Source: Lama glama (taxonomy: Eukaryota). Taken from it: a stretch of 64,000 bases of DNA. This document shows, one piece after another, positions 51,021-64,000 of the stretch. Positions within the stretch are counted from its first letter, which is position 1. Each line of letters starts with the position of its first letter. The notes below the pieces were generated by a model, which ran no database searches, was not told the origin of the DNA, and saw only the letters and a program-made list of their open reading frames with translations. The stretch is taken from the NCBI GenBank assembly GCA_028534125.1, contig CM052816.1, forward strand, positions 37,574,001 through 37,638,000, in the 5' to 3' direction. The translations under genes were made by a program, and so were the position numbers.

Positions 51021-53084
51021 GAATCTTTGTCCGGATTTCTCTGATTACAAAATGTAGATCTCTTATTTGACAAATAGTGTATCTAATTGTTAACAAATTA
51101 TGAGCCAGAATTGGCTGTCTTTGACTTAAATGTGGAAAAGGAAAAAATGTAGAAAATGTTCCAGTTTTTGTCAGCAGTCTTTATTTTCTTTATGTCAAGA
51201 ATGACCATATTTTGTATTTATTATTTTGGAAGTCATAAGTCCTTAGTATATTCATTTCATTTATGATGATCTATTCTTTCATTGGTTTTCTACAATTTTG
51301 CAGATTCTCAATTAAAATTTGGCGGTTTGTCTAGCTCTACCTTGTATTGTTAATTATATTTAGATTCTGTGTGTTTTATTTCCATAACTCCATTTTAACT
51401 TTTGAAGTTTCTCACGCTGAGTCTAAAATTAAAGTTAAAATGTCTGGAAGAATAGTCTCTGTGTAAGAGACAATTAATATTTTTGAGAAATTAGATAAAT
51501 GGAGAAAGTACTATATTACCAATTAAATTATTATGCCTCAAATTTTATTGTACAAAAAAAAATCCTTAGCAAGCATAGTAGATATAACTTCTGTCTTAGA
51601 TTAAAGAGAACTGGATTTGAATTCTAGATCTAGAAAACACTAGTACCTCAACAAAGTGGTTTAATAAATAAATAGACAAATAGTACACATCTATGAAAAA
51701 ATTAATATAGTAAGACATCTTTTATTTTTTAAGAGATTTTCTGATTGTTGATTGACTGGAATATAAATTACATTTAGAAGGGGAATGAAGAAGATAGTTG
51801 AGTACTCAGATGTAATTATCTTTAAAACATTTTTACATTTTTCATTATAAGCCATTAAAATTGTTTGGTTTGATTGGATTAAGTACTAAAAACTCCTCTC
51901 TTCAATTGCTCGGTTGTTACATACTGCATCATTATAGTAGAGAAAAGTAATGCCATTATGCAGCATGGAGTATTAATAATGGCTTAAAAACACCGTTTTC
52001 CTCCTGAATCTCCTATCACATTTAAAAGACTGTGATCAAAGAAAGATATAATGTGTTCCCAAATTGCTGGGACAGAATTTTGAATCTGATACTATTGTTT
52101 AGAATACAGCTAAAACTGAATCTCTCCTTGAATGTTTCCACTATGAATTAATACTGAAATGACAGCTTACATTTTTACTTGGTTTAGATTATTTCTTTTT
52201 TATCTGAGACATTTGATTTATTTAAAAGTGGAGGTTTCATCCATAAAATACAGCAAAATATTCTCTTACCAATTAAACTTCTCCTTTTTATAAAAGGTAG
52301 ATTTTTGTTCTAGGAAATATATCATAGTTTCCAATAATTGATAAGAAGAGATTTTCACTGTTTCATTTATTAACCTATGTGACCATCTGCTTTAATGAAA
52401 CATGGTGTTTTTCAATGAAATTGAATAACATTTTGGAAAAAAATGTATTTAAAGTAATGTGAGAATGAAAAAATTTACTTCAGTAGAATGCTTAAAATAT
52501 TTTAATAGTTTCTGCCTCTTCTAAAATAATTTTAAGAAATATTTTCCTTTTGAAGTAATCTGTGTAAATATATTAGACTGACTGGATAATACTAACTATT
52601 TCTTGAAATTTCCTATGAACATTCTATAATCATTCTTTAAAATGTTGAAATTGTGGGGTTTTTTGAGATGAGTCATTTTTTATTTGCTTGTTTAATTCTT
52701 TGTTTGGGGGTGGGGAAGGGGGCAGGGAATGTAGGCAGGTAATATTTAATGAGGACATTTTTACCAAAACTAAAGGGTTAATGGCACAGAAACTGACGTC
52801 CAAATCAAAGTTTACTTTCTCATTTTCACTCTCCTCTTGTGTGATTTAGAAAAAAGTATTTGTTTCACAGGAGAGAAAGAGGTAGTTAATGAAGAAGGAC
52901 AGAGGCCTCATTGTGTGAAATGAACAAAGTTCAATGTTTTTTCTTCTTATGTCAGTTCCTAGCAAGTCACAAGAAGACTGCTACTCTTTTATTTTTTGAT
53001 GAGGAACTTCAGGTTCCCACAGTCATCCAGCTTTGAAAAACCTCTCTTTATATTGCTCAGTTAAAAATGTTGGCTTTCTTTACG

Positions 53085-55830
53085 CTAAGAATACTTAAGT
53101 TTCACTCCCTTAGCAATATTCAGTTCTACAGTCCAGTACTATGATAAACTATAGTCACCGGGCCATATACTAGGTCCTCAGACCTTATTCATCTTATAAC
53201 TGTACCCTTGGACCAGACTCTATTTATTTCTACCACCCTCCAGGCCTTGGCGACAACCATTCTATTCTCTGTTTTTATGGGGTTTTTTTTCTTTTTTCTT
53301 TTCTTTTCAGTTCCACATACAAGTGGTTTCATGTAGTATTTGTCATTCTTCCTCTGGCTTTTTTCACTTAGCATTATGTCCTCCAAGTTTATCCATGTTG
53401 TTGAGAAAGACAGGATTTTCTTATTTTTTAACGCTGATAATATGCCAGAGCATATGTGTGTGTATCACATTTTCATTATCCTCTCATCTATTGGCAGACG
53501 CTTAGGTGGTTTACATACCTAGGCTATTGTGAACAGTGCTGCAATGAATATGGGAGAAGTACAGCTATGTCTCAGAGATACTGAATTTATTTCCTTTGGA
53601 TATATACCCAGATTTGGGATTGCGGGATCATATGGCAGTTCTGTTGTTTAATTTCTTGAGGCACTTCCATACTGTTTTCCTTAACGGCTGTACAAGTTTA
53701 GATTCCCACTGACAGTGTACAAGGATTCCTTTTGTTTCACATCCTTATCAGCACTTATCTCTTACCAGTCTTATAATAGCCATCCTAGCAGATATGAAGT
53801 AATAATTCATTGTGGTTTTGGTTTGCAGTTCCGTGATGATTAGTGATGTGCTTTTTGGCCGTTCATATACCTTCTTTGGAATAATGTCTATTTAGGTCCT
53901 GTACCCATTTTTAATTGGGTCATTTGTTTTTATGATATTGAATAATATGAATTCCTTGTGAATTTAGGAAATTTTTGCTTCTAGTTTTATTGGGATATAA
54001 TTGACAAACAGCACTGGAGAAGTTTAAGATGTACAGCATAATTTGACCTACATACATCATGAAATGATAACCACTGTAAGTTTGAACAGCCATCATCTCA
54101 TATAGAAACAAAATTTTAAAAAGAGAAAAAAAATTTCCTTGCGGTAAGATTACGTAACAACTTTCATGAATAACATATAGCAGTGTTAATTATATGTCTC
54201 ATGTGCATTACATCCCTGGTGCTTATTTATTTATAACCAGAAGTTTGTACACTTTAACTACCTTCATCCAGTTCTGCCTCTCTCCATCCCGTCTCTGGTA
54301 ACCAAAAAGCTGAGCTCTTTTGTTTGTTTTTGAAGTATAATCGACCTGACATACTATATTAGTTCCTAAAGCACAGCATAGTGATTTGATATTTCTATAT
54401 AACCACAAAAATATCACCACTACACGTCTAGTTACCATACAAAGATATTACACTAGTATTAACTGTAGTCCCCACACTATACATTTCATCTCCCTGAACG
54501 CATTTATTTTGTAACTTGAAGTTTGAACCTGTTAATCTACCTCAGCTATTTCTTTCATCCCCCTTCCCACTTCCCCTCTGGCAACCCATTTGTTTTTTGT
54601 ATCTATGACTCTGTTTCTGTTTTGTTATGTTTGTTCATTTCTTTTGCTTTTTTATATTCCTCATATAAGTGAAATCATATTATACTTAACTCTGTCTCTC
54701 TGGTTTATTTGACTTAGCTTAATACCCGCTAGGACCACACTTGTCACTTTCATTAGTTTATATGGCTGATTAATATTACACTACACACACACACACACAC
54801 ACACTCTCTCTCTCTCTCTCTCTCTCTCCCCCCCTCCCCCTATATCTTCTTTATCCTTTCATCTATCCATGGATACTTAGGTTGCTTTCATATCTTCAAT
54901 ATTATAAATAATGTTGCAGTTTACAAAGGGGTGCATATACCTTTTCAAATTAGTGGGGTTTTTTTCCTTCAGATATATATCTAGGAGTGGAATTGCTGGA
55001 TTGTATGGTAGTTCTATTCTTAATTTTTAAAGGAGCCTCCATACTGTTTTCCACAGTGGTGACACCAATTTATATTCCAACCAACAGTGCAGGAGGGTTT
55101 CCTTTTCTCCACATTCATGCCAACACTGGTTATTTCTTGTCTTTTTGGTAATAGCCATTCTGATGTGTGAGATAATACCTCACTATGGTTTTGAGGTATT
55201 GTTGAGAATTTTTTCATGTGTCTATTGACCACCTATATATCCTATTTGGAAAAATGTTTGTTCCGATCCTCTGCCCATGCTTTAACTGGGTTGTTTGTTT
55301 TTTTGATGTTCAATTGTATGAGTTCACTGTATATTTTAGATACTGACCCTTTACCAGGTGCATTATTTGCAAAAAACTTTGCGCACTAAGTGGACAGCAT
55401 TTTCGTTTTGTTGATAGTTTCCTTCACTGTGCCAAAGTGTTTTAGTTTGATGTAATCCCATTTGTTTATTTTTTTCATTTGTTTGCTTTGCCTTAGGAGA
55501 CATATTCAGAAAAATATTGGTGAGATCAGTGTCAAAGAGAATGGTGCCTATGTTTTCTTCTGATTTTGTGGTTTCAGATGTTTAAGTGTTTAATCCATTT
55601 TGAGTTTGCTTTTATGTGTGATGTGACAAAGTAGCCCCATTTGATTCCTTTACATGTAGCTGTCCAGTTTTTCCAACACCATTTATTGAAGAGGTTATTA
55701 TTTCCCCATTGTATGTTCTTGAATATTTTGTCATAGATTAATTAACCATGTAAGTGTAGGTTTATTTCTGGACTCTTTATTCTGTTCCATTATCTGTGTG
55801 TTTGTTTTTGTGCTAGTACCATACTATTTT
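53085..55830 (-). mobile_element. Stacked L1 3'UTR/ORF2-end fragments (L1MA-like and artiodactyl-type)
   Basis: ORF 53189-53386 MEDIMLSEKSQ; ORF 55020-55232 NRHMKKFS...[16 protein letters not shown]; several T-rich 3' termini at ~53980 and ~54325. Confidence 0.85.
54783..54840. repeat. Compound (AC)n(TC)n microsatellite with C-run
   Basis: Directly visible, inside L1. Confidence 0.95.
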
Positions 55831-57536
55831 GTCTATATGGATATAAGAAAAAAGGAAAATCAGAATTGTTTAAAAATGAGTTAGAATAGCCAAATTAAAA
55901 ATATCAGAAATGAATCCTTGGCTTCCATTAAATTATTTTTCTTTTTATCAATATATCAAATGGAAAACAGAATACTTAAGAGTTAGTTCTTATTAGATAT
56001 CGAAATCATTAGCATTTACGGCAAAATGTTTTAAAATTTATTTAAAAAATCGATTGCCTTTTTAGAATTTATTCTTAAACTTTATTTAGAACTGATGTAG
56101 AACTGATGTAGAATGTCTAAAGTGAAGCCAATAATAAAAATCCACCTGAAATAAAAAAGAATAATAAATACAAGAAATGTATTGCTCATTTGTAGAATTT
56201 ATAGATTTGTTATTTTTCAGTTTTGGATGATTAGTCAACTTATAAAATGCCTTCATTTTTCTTTCACTCTTTCTGACCATGTATCTAAACTGTAGCACTT
56301 TCTACATTTTGTCATATCTCTGTAATAGATTGGGAATAATATAGGAGTATAGTAGAAGGATAATTAAAGACCATATATTTTATTTTCTGTATATGCGAAG
56401 AGCAAATGCTTTAGTAAATAGGAATGCTTTTATACTTGCTACTAAAATTTATTTAGATTATTTAAATACTAAATAAGATAGAAATAAAATAACTTCTGAA
56501 TTTAAAGTAGGCTCTGGGTTGTAGTAGTAAAAATTTATTTTACTGAATCAATTATTCTCACTATGACTTTATTCAAATATTTGTTTTGTCCATGAAATCT
56601 GAGGCAGTACTTTAGACCCTACACATAAAAAGGTGGATTAAAGGCACCTTTAACTTGAAGAAATATCATTTTTGATGATGATTGAATCATTACTTTCTTC
56701 ATGTAAAATATCTGTGCATGTCAACTTCCACTCAATCCTCCTTTTTGTCTTTTTCTCTCATTTTTACCCGCACAAATAGACTACTTGGCAAAATTTCATA
56801 ACAGAACGTGAAACGGATTTGTAAAGATGAATGTAGGCTACGTTTGCAATGAAAAGTATAATCAAATGACTTTGAAGCCATTTATATTGATTAAACTATA
56901 CTGGTCCATTATTAATCAACCGATTGCTGTTTATTAGAAACTTATATCTCCTAGGGATAAAATGTCTGCAGTTCAAAGCTAAAAAGTTGAAATTTTGGCA
57001 TTTTGCCTACAAAGTTTCAGTGGTTGTGGCTGTGATTATTTTCCACATTTAAGAAAAGTTAATACAGAACAAATTCTTATATTTTTACTCAGGGAAGTAT
57101 TTGGCAGCTGATGAGAAGAATGTATAAGTGAGAAATCAGATATAAAGTTGAATACTTCAGACAATCAGATGACTATAGCCAAAATAAAACTAAAATTAAA
57201 GAAGAAAAATGCGTTTACTTAACTTCCTTTGAGAAAATGGTCACCTTCTGTTATTGTGTTCCTCCTTCCAAACATGTGTATTAATTAAACCAACTCTGAG
57301 TTCTATCACCCAGTGATTATCTACTTTTCAAGATTATGGCAAAAATTGGTAATGTGCATACACATATATCTATATACTATTCATCAGAGGGTATCAGATG
57401 TCTTGATAAGAATTTGAACTCACTGTACTTATATATGAGTTAGATTATTCTCTATTATAAATTACAAATAATCTTCTTAATACCCAATGAGTTTTTTTCT
57501 GTTATTTGTTGTGCCACCACATTTGCACAAAAAATC

Positions 57537-57925
57537 TTTATCAGTTAGGGCTCTCCAGAGAAACAGAACCAATAAGATGGGTGTATACATGTATATATCT
57601 GGAATTGGCTTATATGTTTCTGGGAGTTGGTAAGTCCAAAATTTTCAGGGACAACTGGCAGGCTAGAGATTCAGGGAAGAGTTAATGTGGTAGCTCAGTC
57701 CCAGAGCAAAATTACTTCTTTCTCAGGAGAGATCAGTCTTTGTTCTATTAAAGTCTTCAACTGATTGGATGAGGCCCACCCACATTATGGAAGATAATCT
57801 GCTTTACTCAAACTCTATTAATCACATCTGAAAAATATCTTCAGGGTGACAGTTAGAGTTGTTTCTGACCTAATATCTGGAAATAATGGCCTGGCCAAGT
57901 TGACACACAAAAATTAACCATCACA
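57537..57925 (-). mobile_element. MLT2-like ERVL solo LTR
   Basis: AGGGCTCTCCAGAGAAACAGAACCAATA start; CAACTGATTGGATGAGGCCCACCCACATTATGGA; end GCCAAGTTGACACACAAAAATTAACCATCACA. Confidence 0.9.
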
Positions 57926-60199
57926 GTGGCTGAGTAATCTCCTAACTTCTGGGTTTTGAATGCAAAGGGAGGAATGAAAACCATTTTGGTGAAGTGCTTA
58001 TATTCATTCAATAAATTTTCTTTGGCATTGCATTGGATACCTTTTCTAGGAGAGAGAATGAGTCTCAATTTTTTAGTTAGAATATTTGTGGAGAAAATAT
58101 TTGCAACAATGAAAAAAGCAAGCACAAAAATATACCATTTGTTTTTTCTTCATGGATTTAATAACCATTCAATACTTACTCATAATCTAGAAAGATGTTA
58201 GTCAAAATTTACATTTATAGAATGTATTTCCTAAGCTAGACTGCAAGATGCCATATAACCAGATTTAACTTACATGGTTTTGCCTATCAATGCTAAAATA
58301 TCTTTCGAGATTAGAATGGTTTGACAAATAGTAAATAGTTTTAATTTGTTTTAAAAGCAAAAGTAGAAATTTTAATCAAAGTATAAGAAAATGAATGCAG
58401 CACTATTCAAGCCTGCATTCTTGTTTTAAGCATCCACAATGTTACATAATTATGCAAATTAGGAGTCTGCTGTCCATCACTTTCTCTTACATTTTCAAGT
58501 TTTATATTCATTGCTGTAATATTTCCATATACTTAGAGTACATCCTATTTGATTAATTTTCTCCAGATGCTTGTTCCTTCCTTCCATTTTTCCCAGATTA
58601 AATAAATGAACCTTTCCTGGTGCTTTTCAAGTAAAACCTACTACCTCAATTGATTCTAAAATGCACTTTATATAAATGGAAACAAATGGAGTAGTTAAGC
58701 AAAAACATGGGACCCTTCTTTAAGTATACGGTAGATACTTTAAGAGCTTTCAAATACTCAATTACTGCGTTGTTAACTGTGAATTGTGGCCAGAGAAAAA
58801 AGAAATGCGAACAAACATCTAGTCTGATGAAAAGGTATTTCTATTCATTAAGAAGTTCTCTGAAATGTTTTTCCCCAAGACCAGGGTACTGCTGACAGTG
58901 TGGCTAACAAATTGTATATTCCTCACCATTTATTTTCATGAACTTAATTGACCATTTTGGGAAAGAAATGGCCCTTTATGATAACAACAAGATAAAAGCT
59001 GGTAATTGACTGAAATGCTTGAGTACAGCTAGCTAAAACCACTTTCCACTAATGGAGACCTGAATGAAAGGCATGAAGTTTCAGCCAATTGCAGAGAAGG
59101 TCAAAAGATTTTTCTAATCTTCTTTTTTTGAAACTTAGAAGAAAAAATATGTTTTTATGATGCATCAACTTTAAAAAGGTATGAAAGAAAAAGAGAAAAG
59201 ATCACATCAAAAATTGTTTTGTAGAGCGACTGATTATCATGCACCATGCATGATGTATTACAGAAAATTGATATTATTTTAAAAGCTTTTTTTTTCAGTA
59301 TTATTATGCTGTCAGTGCAAGGTTACTTCATGTGAATAAGACCAAGAGGATTCATTAACGTTCTTAGAAGTTGGAAACAAAAATATTCCATGAAACAAAT
59401 GTTTGATAATCTAAATAATTACAGATTTTTTAAACAAATGGCCTTATAAATTATTCAAGATTTTATATTTATTGGCCAAAAAGGAATAGATAAAATGACT
59501 TAAGGTAAATTTTAGAGTTTTTATAAATTTTAAAATAGAAAAATTGCCATGTGTATTATTACTTTACATGATTTAATTTGTTTATGTTAATATATTTATA
59601 GCTAAACACATTATGGCTAACATAGTCCCTCACTAAGGATAATATGTATTTAATAGTTTATAGCTATTGATGGTTTTACTTCTCTGTGTGGTCATTTAAC
59701 AAGGACCTTCCTTATCCATTTACTATTTTTATAAATTGAGAGAGAACACAAATCATGAGTCCTGCTACAGAAATCACTCAAGGTTAAACATTAATTCATC
59801 CTTCTTCTACTTTATATGAACAATCTTGGACACTCTTAATGGATCATAAGAAATTGTAATTGCTTTTTTTTGCCCATCTTTCTTTTTCATTTTATAAAAA
59901 ATTTTAAGTGATGGTATGTTGCTTCATTAACAAAACAAGATTTCTAAAAACATACATTTCTAAAAACAAACATGATTGTGAAGAAAATTTTAGGAAAAGG
60001 TACAGTGATAGGAAATGAAATATGAAATGCCTGTTGATTTACTGCATCCTTAAAATCTAAAATTGTAGATAAACACTGATTTTTTTGTAATTAATTAATT
60101 AGATGTTCCTTCTCTAGACCCTGAGGATATAATTCATTTCCCAAGAAATACAGAAGGCACTGAATACGTTATTTTTTTAAATCATAACCTATGTCTTAC

Positions 60200-60272
60200 C
60201 TTCCTTTTCACTTCGGCAAGTTAGACTAAAGAATCGAGAGTAATAAAGACGTGAGCTCCTCTTTACTCTACT
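60200..60272 (-). CDS. Candidate 73-nt internal exon of the unidentified minus-strand transcript
   Basis: Acceptor GATGTGTTTTAG|, donor AAG|GTAAGA; single open frame SRVKRSSRLYYSRFFSLTCRSEKE (phase 0-1); 3 CpGs; a competing AG 13 nt upstream would add a stop. Confidence 0.25.
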
Positions 60273-61805
60273 CTAAAACACATCACTAGGAAAAAACACA
60301 TTCTCTGTTTTCCTCAACTCTGCCATTTTCTTTTTAATCATAAACTCCAGTGAATTTTTAATCCCAAAATAAAACAATTTTATAGCACTTTATACTACTG
60401 ATCATACAGTTCTCATAGTGTCTCTTCTTCTCACAGTTGGAAATAATTCTATTGTGACCCAACTTCAGTGGCCTTTCCTTTTTTGTTTCACAATAGGTAT
60501 GGCTTCCGCTTCTTCCTTGAGAGTGACTAATGCATGTGGACCCTTAAATCCAGATAATGTTTTTTTCTTTTTTATTGATGAGCTTATTGCCTCTTGTGTT
60601 TGTTACCTTAAAGTGAATGATTCTCCTTTTATACCACAGGCCTCCTGAGTTCTATTTCAGTTGAACTCCTGAAAAAAAACCCCACAAATGTGTATTTTTC
60701 TTTTCACAAGTAGTTTCCAAAAATGACCTCATATTTTCCCTCCCAAAACAAGTCAGTGATTCTATTAATCATCTGTGAAATATGATTTCTGTTTGATTCT
60801 TGAGGCCCAATATTTTTCAGTCACTTAAGTAAGTTCCATCAGTAGGATGCTACATCTCCCCTTTCAAGTATTGGTCTTATTTGATGAGTATTCTTTCCAC
60901 CTCATACTCTCTACTCTTTCTTCATTGTTTTCTCCAGCGAGTAAACTGAGATTGAAGAAGATAAAATTCAGTGTAAATTACGATTTGTGGTTTCTAATGC
61001 GTTATCTTCATTATCAGTGATAAATGTGAAATTTGATGGGGCAGTGTTAAGATGTCTTAAATACATGGCTATAAATTATTGTAAAACTAATAAGACTGTG
61101 GAAAGGTTGTGAGGTGATAAGAACACGAACTACATGGATAACAGCGTCAGGAAGAAGAAATGAACTGAAAGAACATTAAGAAGACTGAATTACTAGAGCT
61201 ACTTAACTGAAATTTGTCAAAATGGCTCAAAGGAAGTTAAGTATCTGCAATTTTCTTATTTGAATTTTGACTAGAGTGACCTGATCTTTTGTAATATTCA
61301 AGTGTGGATTCTCATTTACACACTCTTCCCATCAACTGCCGAAATAATTTAAAAGTTGAATGAGGTATATAAAACTCCCTGTGGCAAATCCCACAGGAAG
61401 ATAACTGAGTGTTCACTATAAGAATCAGAGAGCTTCTCCAATTATGCGACTGATAGGGTGAGGGGAGAGGAAACATTTTGCTCTAAAGAAAAACATACTA
61501 AGGGATCTCAGAAATCCTGTGCTATGTAAATTAATAGTTAGTGAATGCCTTCCTCTTTAACTTCTTTGTGAACTTCTCAAGTGATGATTTATTAGAGAGC
61601 ATTGTTGTCCTCAGCAATGCCTGTCTCACAGGATATGTGTGTACTGCAAATATGCCAGTCCTTCTATACTGTTCTGTTCCAGTCTCCGGAAGTGAGTGCA
61701 GCTACTCACGGCTATGACTTTATTTAATTCTGCAGTCAGTTGTGTACATTGATACTTTCTTGCATTACTTCAAGTTCCTAGAGAGTGGAGCTCATTTTAG
61801 AACGA

Positions 61806-62748
61806 TTTTTTTCCTTCATTTTTTCAAAAATTGAAGTATAGTCAGTTTACAGTGTTGTATCAATTTCTGGTGTACAGCATAATGTTTTAGTCATATAAAT
61901 GCATATATATACTCTTTTCTATATTCTTTTTCATTAGCGGTTACTACAAGATATTGAAAATGGTTCCCTGTACTATACAGTAGAAACTTGTTGTTTAACT
62001 ATTTTATATATAATAGTATCTATAAATCCCAAACTCCAAATTTATTCCTTCCCACCTCCTTTCCCTCCTAATAACCGTGTTTGTTTTCTATGTCTGTAAT
62101 TCTGTTTCTGTTTTGTAAATAAGTTCATTTGTGTCTTTTTTTTTTTAAGATTCCACATATAAGTAATAGCATATAGTATTTTTCTTTCTCTTTCTGGCTC
62201 ACTTCACTTAGAATGATGATCTCCAGGTCCATCCATGTTGCTGCAAATGACATAGTTTATTCTTTTTTATGGCTGAGTAGTATTCCATTGTGTGTGTACC
62301 ACAACTTCTTTATCCAGTCATCTGGCAGTGCATATTTAATTTGTTTCCATGTCTTGGCTATTGTAAATAGTGCTGCTATGAACATTGGGGTGCATGTATC
62401 TTTTCAATACCTATTTTTGTGCCAGTACCACACTGTTTTGATTACTGTAGCTCTGTAGTATTGGCTGAAGTCTGAATGGGTTATTCCTCCAGCTTTGTTC
62501 TTTTTCTTCAGTAATGCTTTGGCAACTCTGTGTCTTTTGTTATATAAATTTTAGGATTATTTGTTCTAGTTCTGTGAAAACTGTTCTGGGTAAATTGACA
62601 GGAATCACATTAAATCTGCAGATTGCTTTGGATAGTATGTCCATTTTAATCTCTATTTTATTTCCTCCCTGATCTTTATTATTTCTTTCCTTCTGCTAAC
62701 TTTAGGTTTTGTTTGTTCTTTTTCTAATTATTTTAGGTGGTAGGTTTA
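61806..62748 (-). mobile_element. Young L1 with two internal deletions
   Basis: 3' end TTGAAGTATAGTCAGTTTACAGTG; discontinuities at ~62409 and ~62650; flanks ATTTTAGAAC (61794-61803) / ATTTTGGAAC (62749-62758). Confidence 0.85.
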
Positions 62749-62936
62749 ATTTTGGAACATTCTGATTGAAGTATATGCTGAAGTTCACAAGCTTCAACTG
62801 GAAGAATTTTAATACAATTATGTTTACAATTAAATTTAGATCATTCTCATTGACTCTTTCCAGTAACTCAATCGTGAAATCAAGAAATTCTTGAAAGTTA
62901 CTAAGTTTACAGTGACTGTTCTATTGTTAGGACGAT

Positions 62937-63339
62937 TACATGAGTTTGCTAGGACTGCCATAACAAAGCACCACAGAGTGGGCGGCTTAAATAACAGAAA
63001 TGTATTTGTTCACAGTTCTGGTGGCTTCAAGTCCAAGATGAAGGTGTTGCAGATTTGATTTCTTCTCAGGCCTCCCTCCTTGGCTTGCAGATGGCTGCCC
63101 CCTTGTAGAGTCCTCACACGGTCTTTCCTCTGTGCGTGCACATCCCTGGTGTATCTTTGTGTATGTCAAATGTCCTCTTCTTGGAAGGACACCAGTCAGA
63201 TTGAATTAGAGCCCACCTTAGTAGCCTCATTTTTAACTTAATCACTTTTAAAGGACCTTTCTCCAGAACAGTTACCTTCTGAGGTCCTGGGGATTGGGGC
63301 TTCAACTGTGAATTTGGGGGATGGATATAGCCCTTAGCA
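62937..63339 (-). mobile_element. MaLR LTR (MLT1B-like)
   Basis: AGTTTGCTAGGACTGCCATAACAAAGCACCACAGA...CACAGTTCTGG...AAGGACACCAGTCAGATTG...CTTCTGAGGTCCTGGGG. Confidence 0.9.
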
Positions 63340-64000
63340 CTCTGGTCTTGTCACCCCAAATTCATGTCCTCCTCACATGCAAATTACGTTTACTCCAAAC
63401 AACCCAAAAATCTTAACCCATTCCAATACCAACTGTAAGTCCTAAATCTCATCTAAATCAAAGTGTAGTTGATTTTTGAGGTGTGATTTGCCCTGACCCA
63501 AAATTCCTCTCAACTGCAAACCTGTGAAACCAGACAAGTTATCTGCTTCTGAAATAAGTGGTATCACAGGCATAAGGTAGACATTCCCACTCCAAAGGGA
63601 TAAATTAGAAAGGAAACAAGGGGCACAGGAACCAAACAAATCCAAACCTAGTAGGGTGAGTTCCATATGATTTTGATGATGGAGAATCATCCTCTTTGTC
63701 TTAATGCTATGTCCTCTCAGCCACTAGAGTGGTGCTCCCACTTCTAGGCCCGCTTGGGCAGCAGTCTGGCCCACTGACACGAAAGAGGTGGCTCTGCCGT
63801 CTGGAACTCAAGAGGAGACAGCTTTGCTTTAGATCTGATCCTGTGGTGACAGTGGCAGGGGCTGAGATGGCTAATTAAATCCCTGAATTATATGCAGACT
63901 CCCTTTATCAGGCGATTATGCAGATACACCCTTGGTGTTCTCTTCAGAACACACTTTCTCATTGTTTGCCATATGCATAGGCTGAGAATTTTCCAAATCT
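63340..64000 (-). mobile_element. MaLR internal sequence (MLT1-int), continues beyond window
   Basis: CCCCAAATTCATGTCCTCCTCACATGCAAA directly after the LTR; AGACATTCCCACTCCAAAGGGA; GGCTGAGAATTTTCCAAATCT. Confidence 0.8.

Noticed and set aside
52270..52309. 40-nt minus-strand exon-like segment
   Set aside because: Inclusion would shift the chain into a stop in the 89-nt exon; illustrates the pseudo-exon background
43338..58459. Several ATGCAAAT octamer motifs (43338, 50598, 58452)
   Set aside because: Dispersed, and a handful is expected by chance in 64 kb of AT-rich DNA
58927..59009. Minus-strand exon-like segment (TTTCAG| ... ATG|GTGAGG)
   Set aside because: Stops in all three frames; could only be non-coding
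1..64000. CRISPR arrays, operons, rRNA/tRNA genes
   Set aside because: No regular repeat-spacer array, no gene-dense ORFs, no rRNA or cloverleaf sequence seen; the DNA is mammalian

Overview
AT-rich, CpG-depleted placental-mammal DNA, intronic or intergenic in character. The young L1 3' ends (TTGAAGTATAGTCAGTT...TTACTACAAGATATTGAA) and the absence of Bov-tA, PRE-1, CHR-2, SINEC, ERE or Alu SINEs suggest a cetartiodactyl, probably a camelid (inference). A large part of the window is recognisable interspersed repeat: L1 fragments of several ages, ancient L2/MIR, MaLR (MLT1), ERVL (MLT2, LTR16, LTR33 with internal gag/dUTPase remnant), six younger solo LTRs, and MER58 and Tigger2-type DNA elements. 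Repeat family names are from recalled consensus similarity and boundaries are approximate unless TSDs are given. No known host gene, RNA gene or prokaryotic-type system was recognised; the only ORFs with clear identity are L1 ORF1/ORF2 remnants. The best leads are: (i) a chain of small minus-strand candidate exons (60200-60272, 27318-27406, 24360-24399, then 22813-22970 or 3876-3925) that splice in phase into an unidentified open frame; (ii) a ~110-bp CpG micro-island with an NRF1 motif and CGCG palindrome that appears to be a GC-converted MIR head; (iii) two internally deleted L1 insertions that still carry TSD-like flanks. All are hypotheses that need alignment or expression data.
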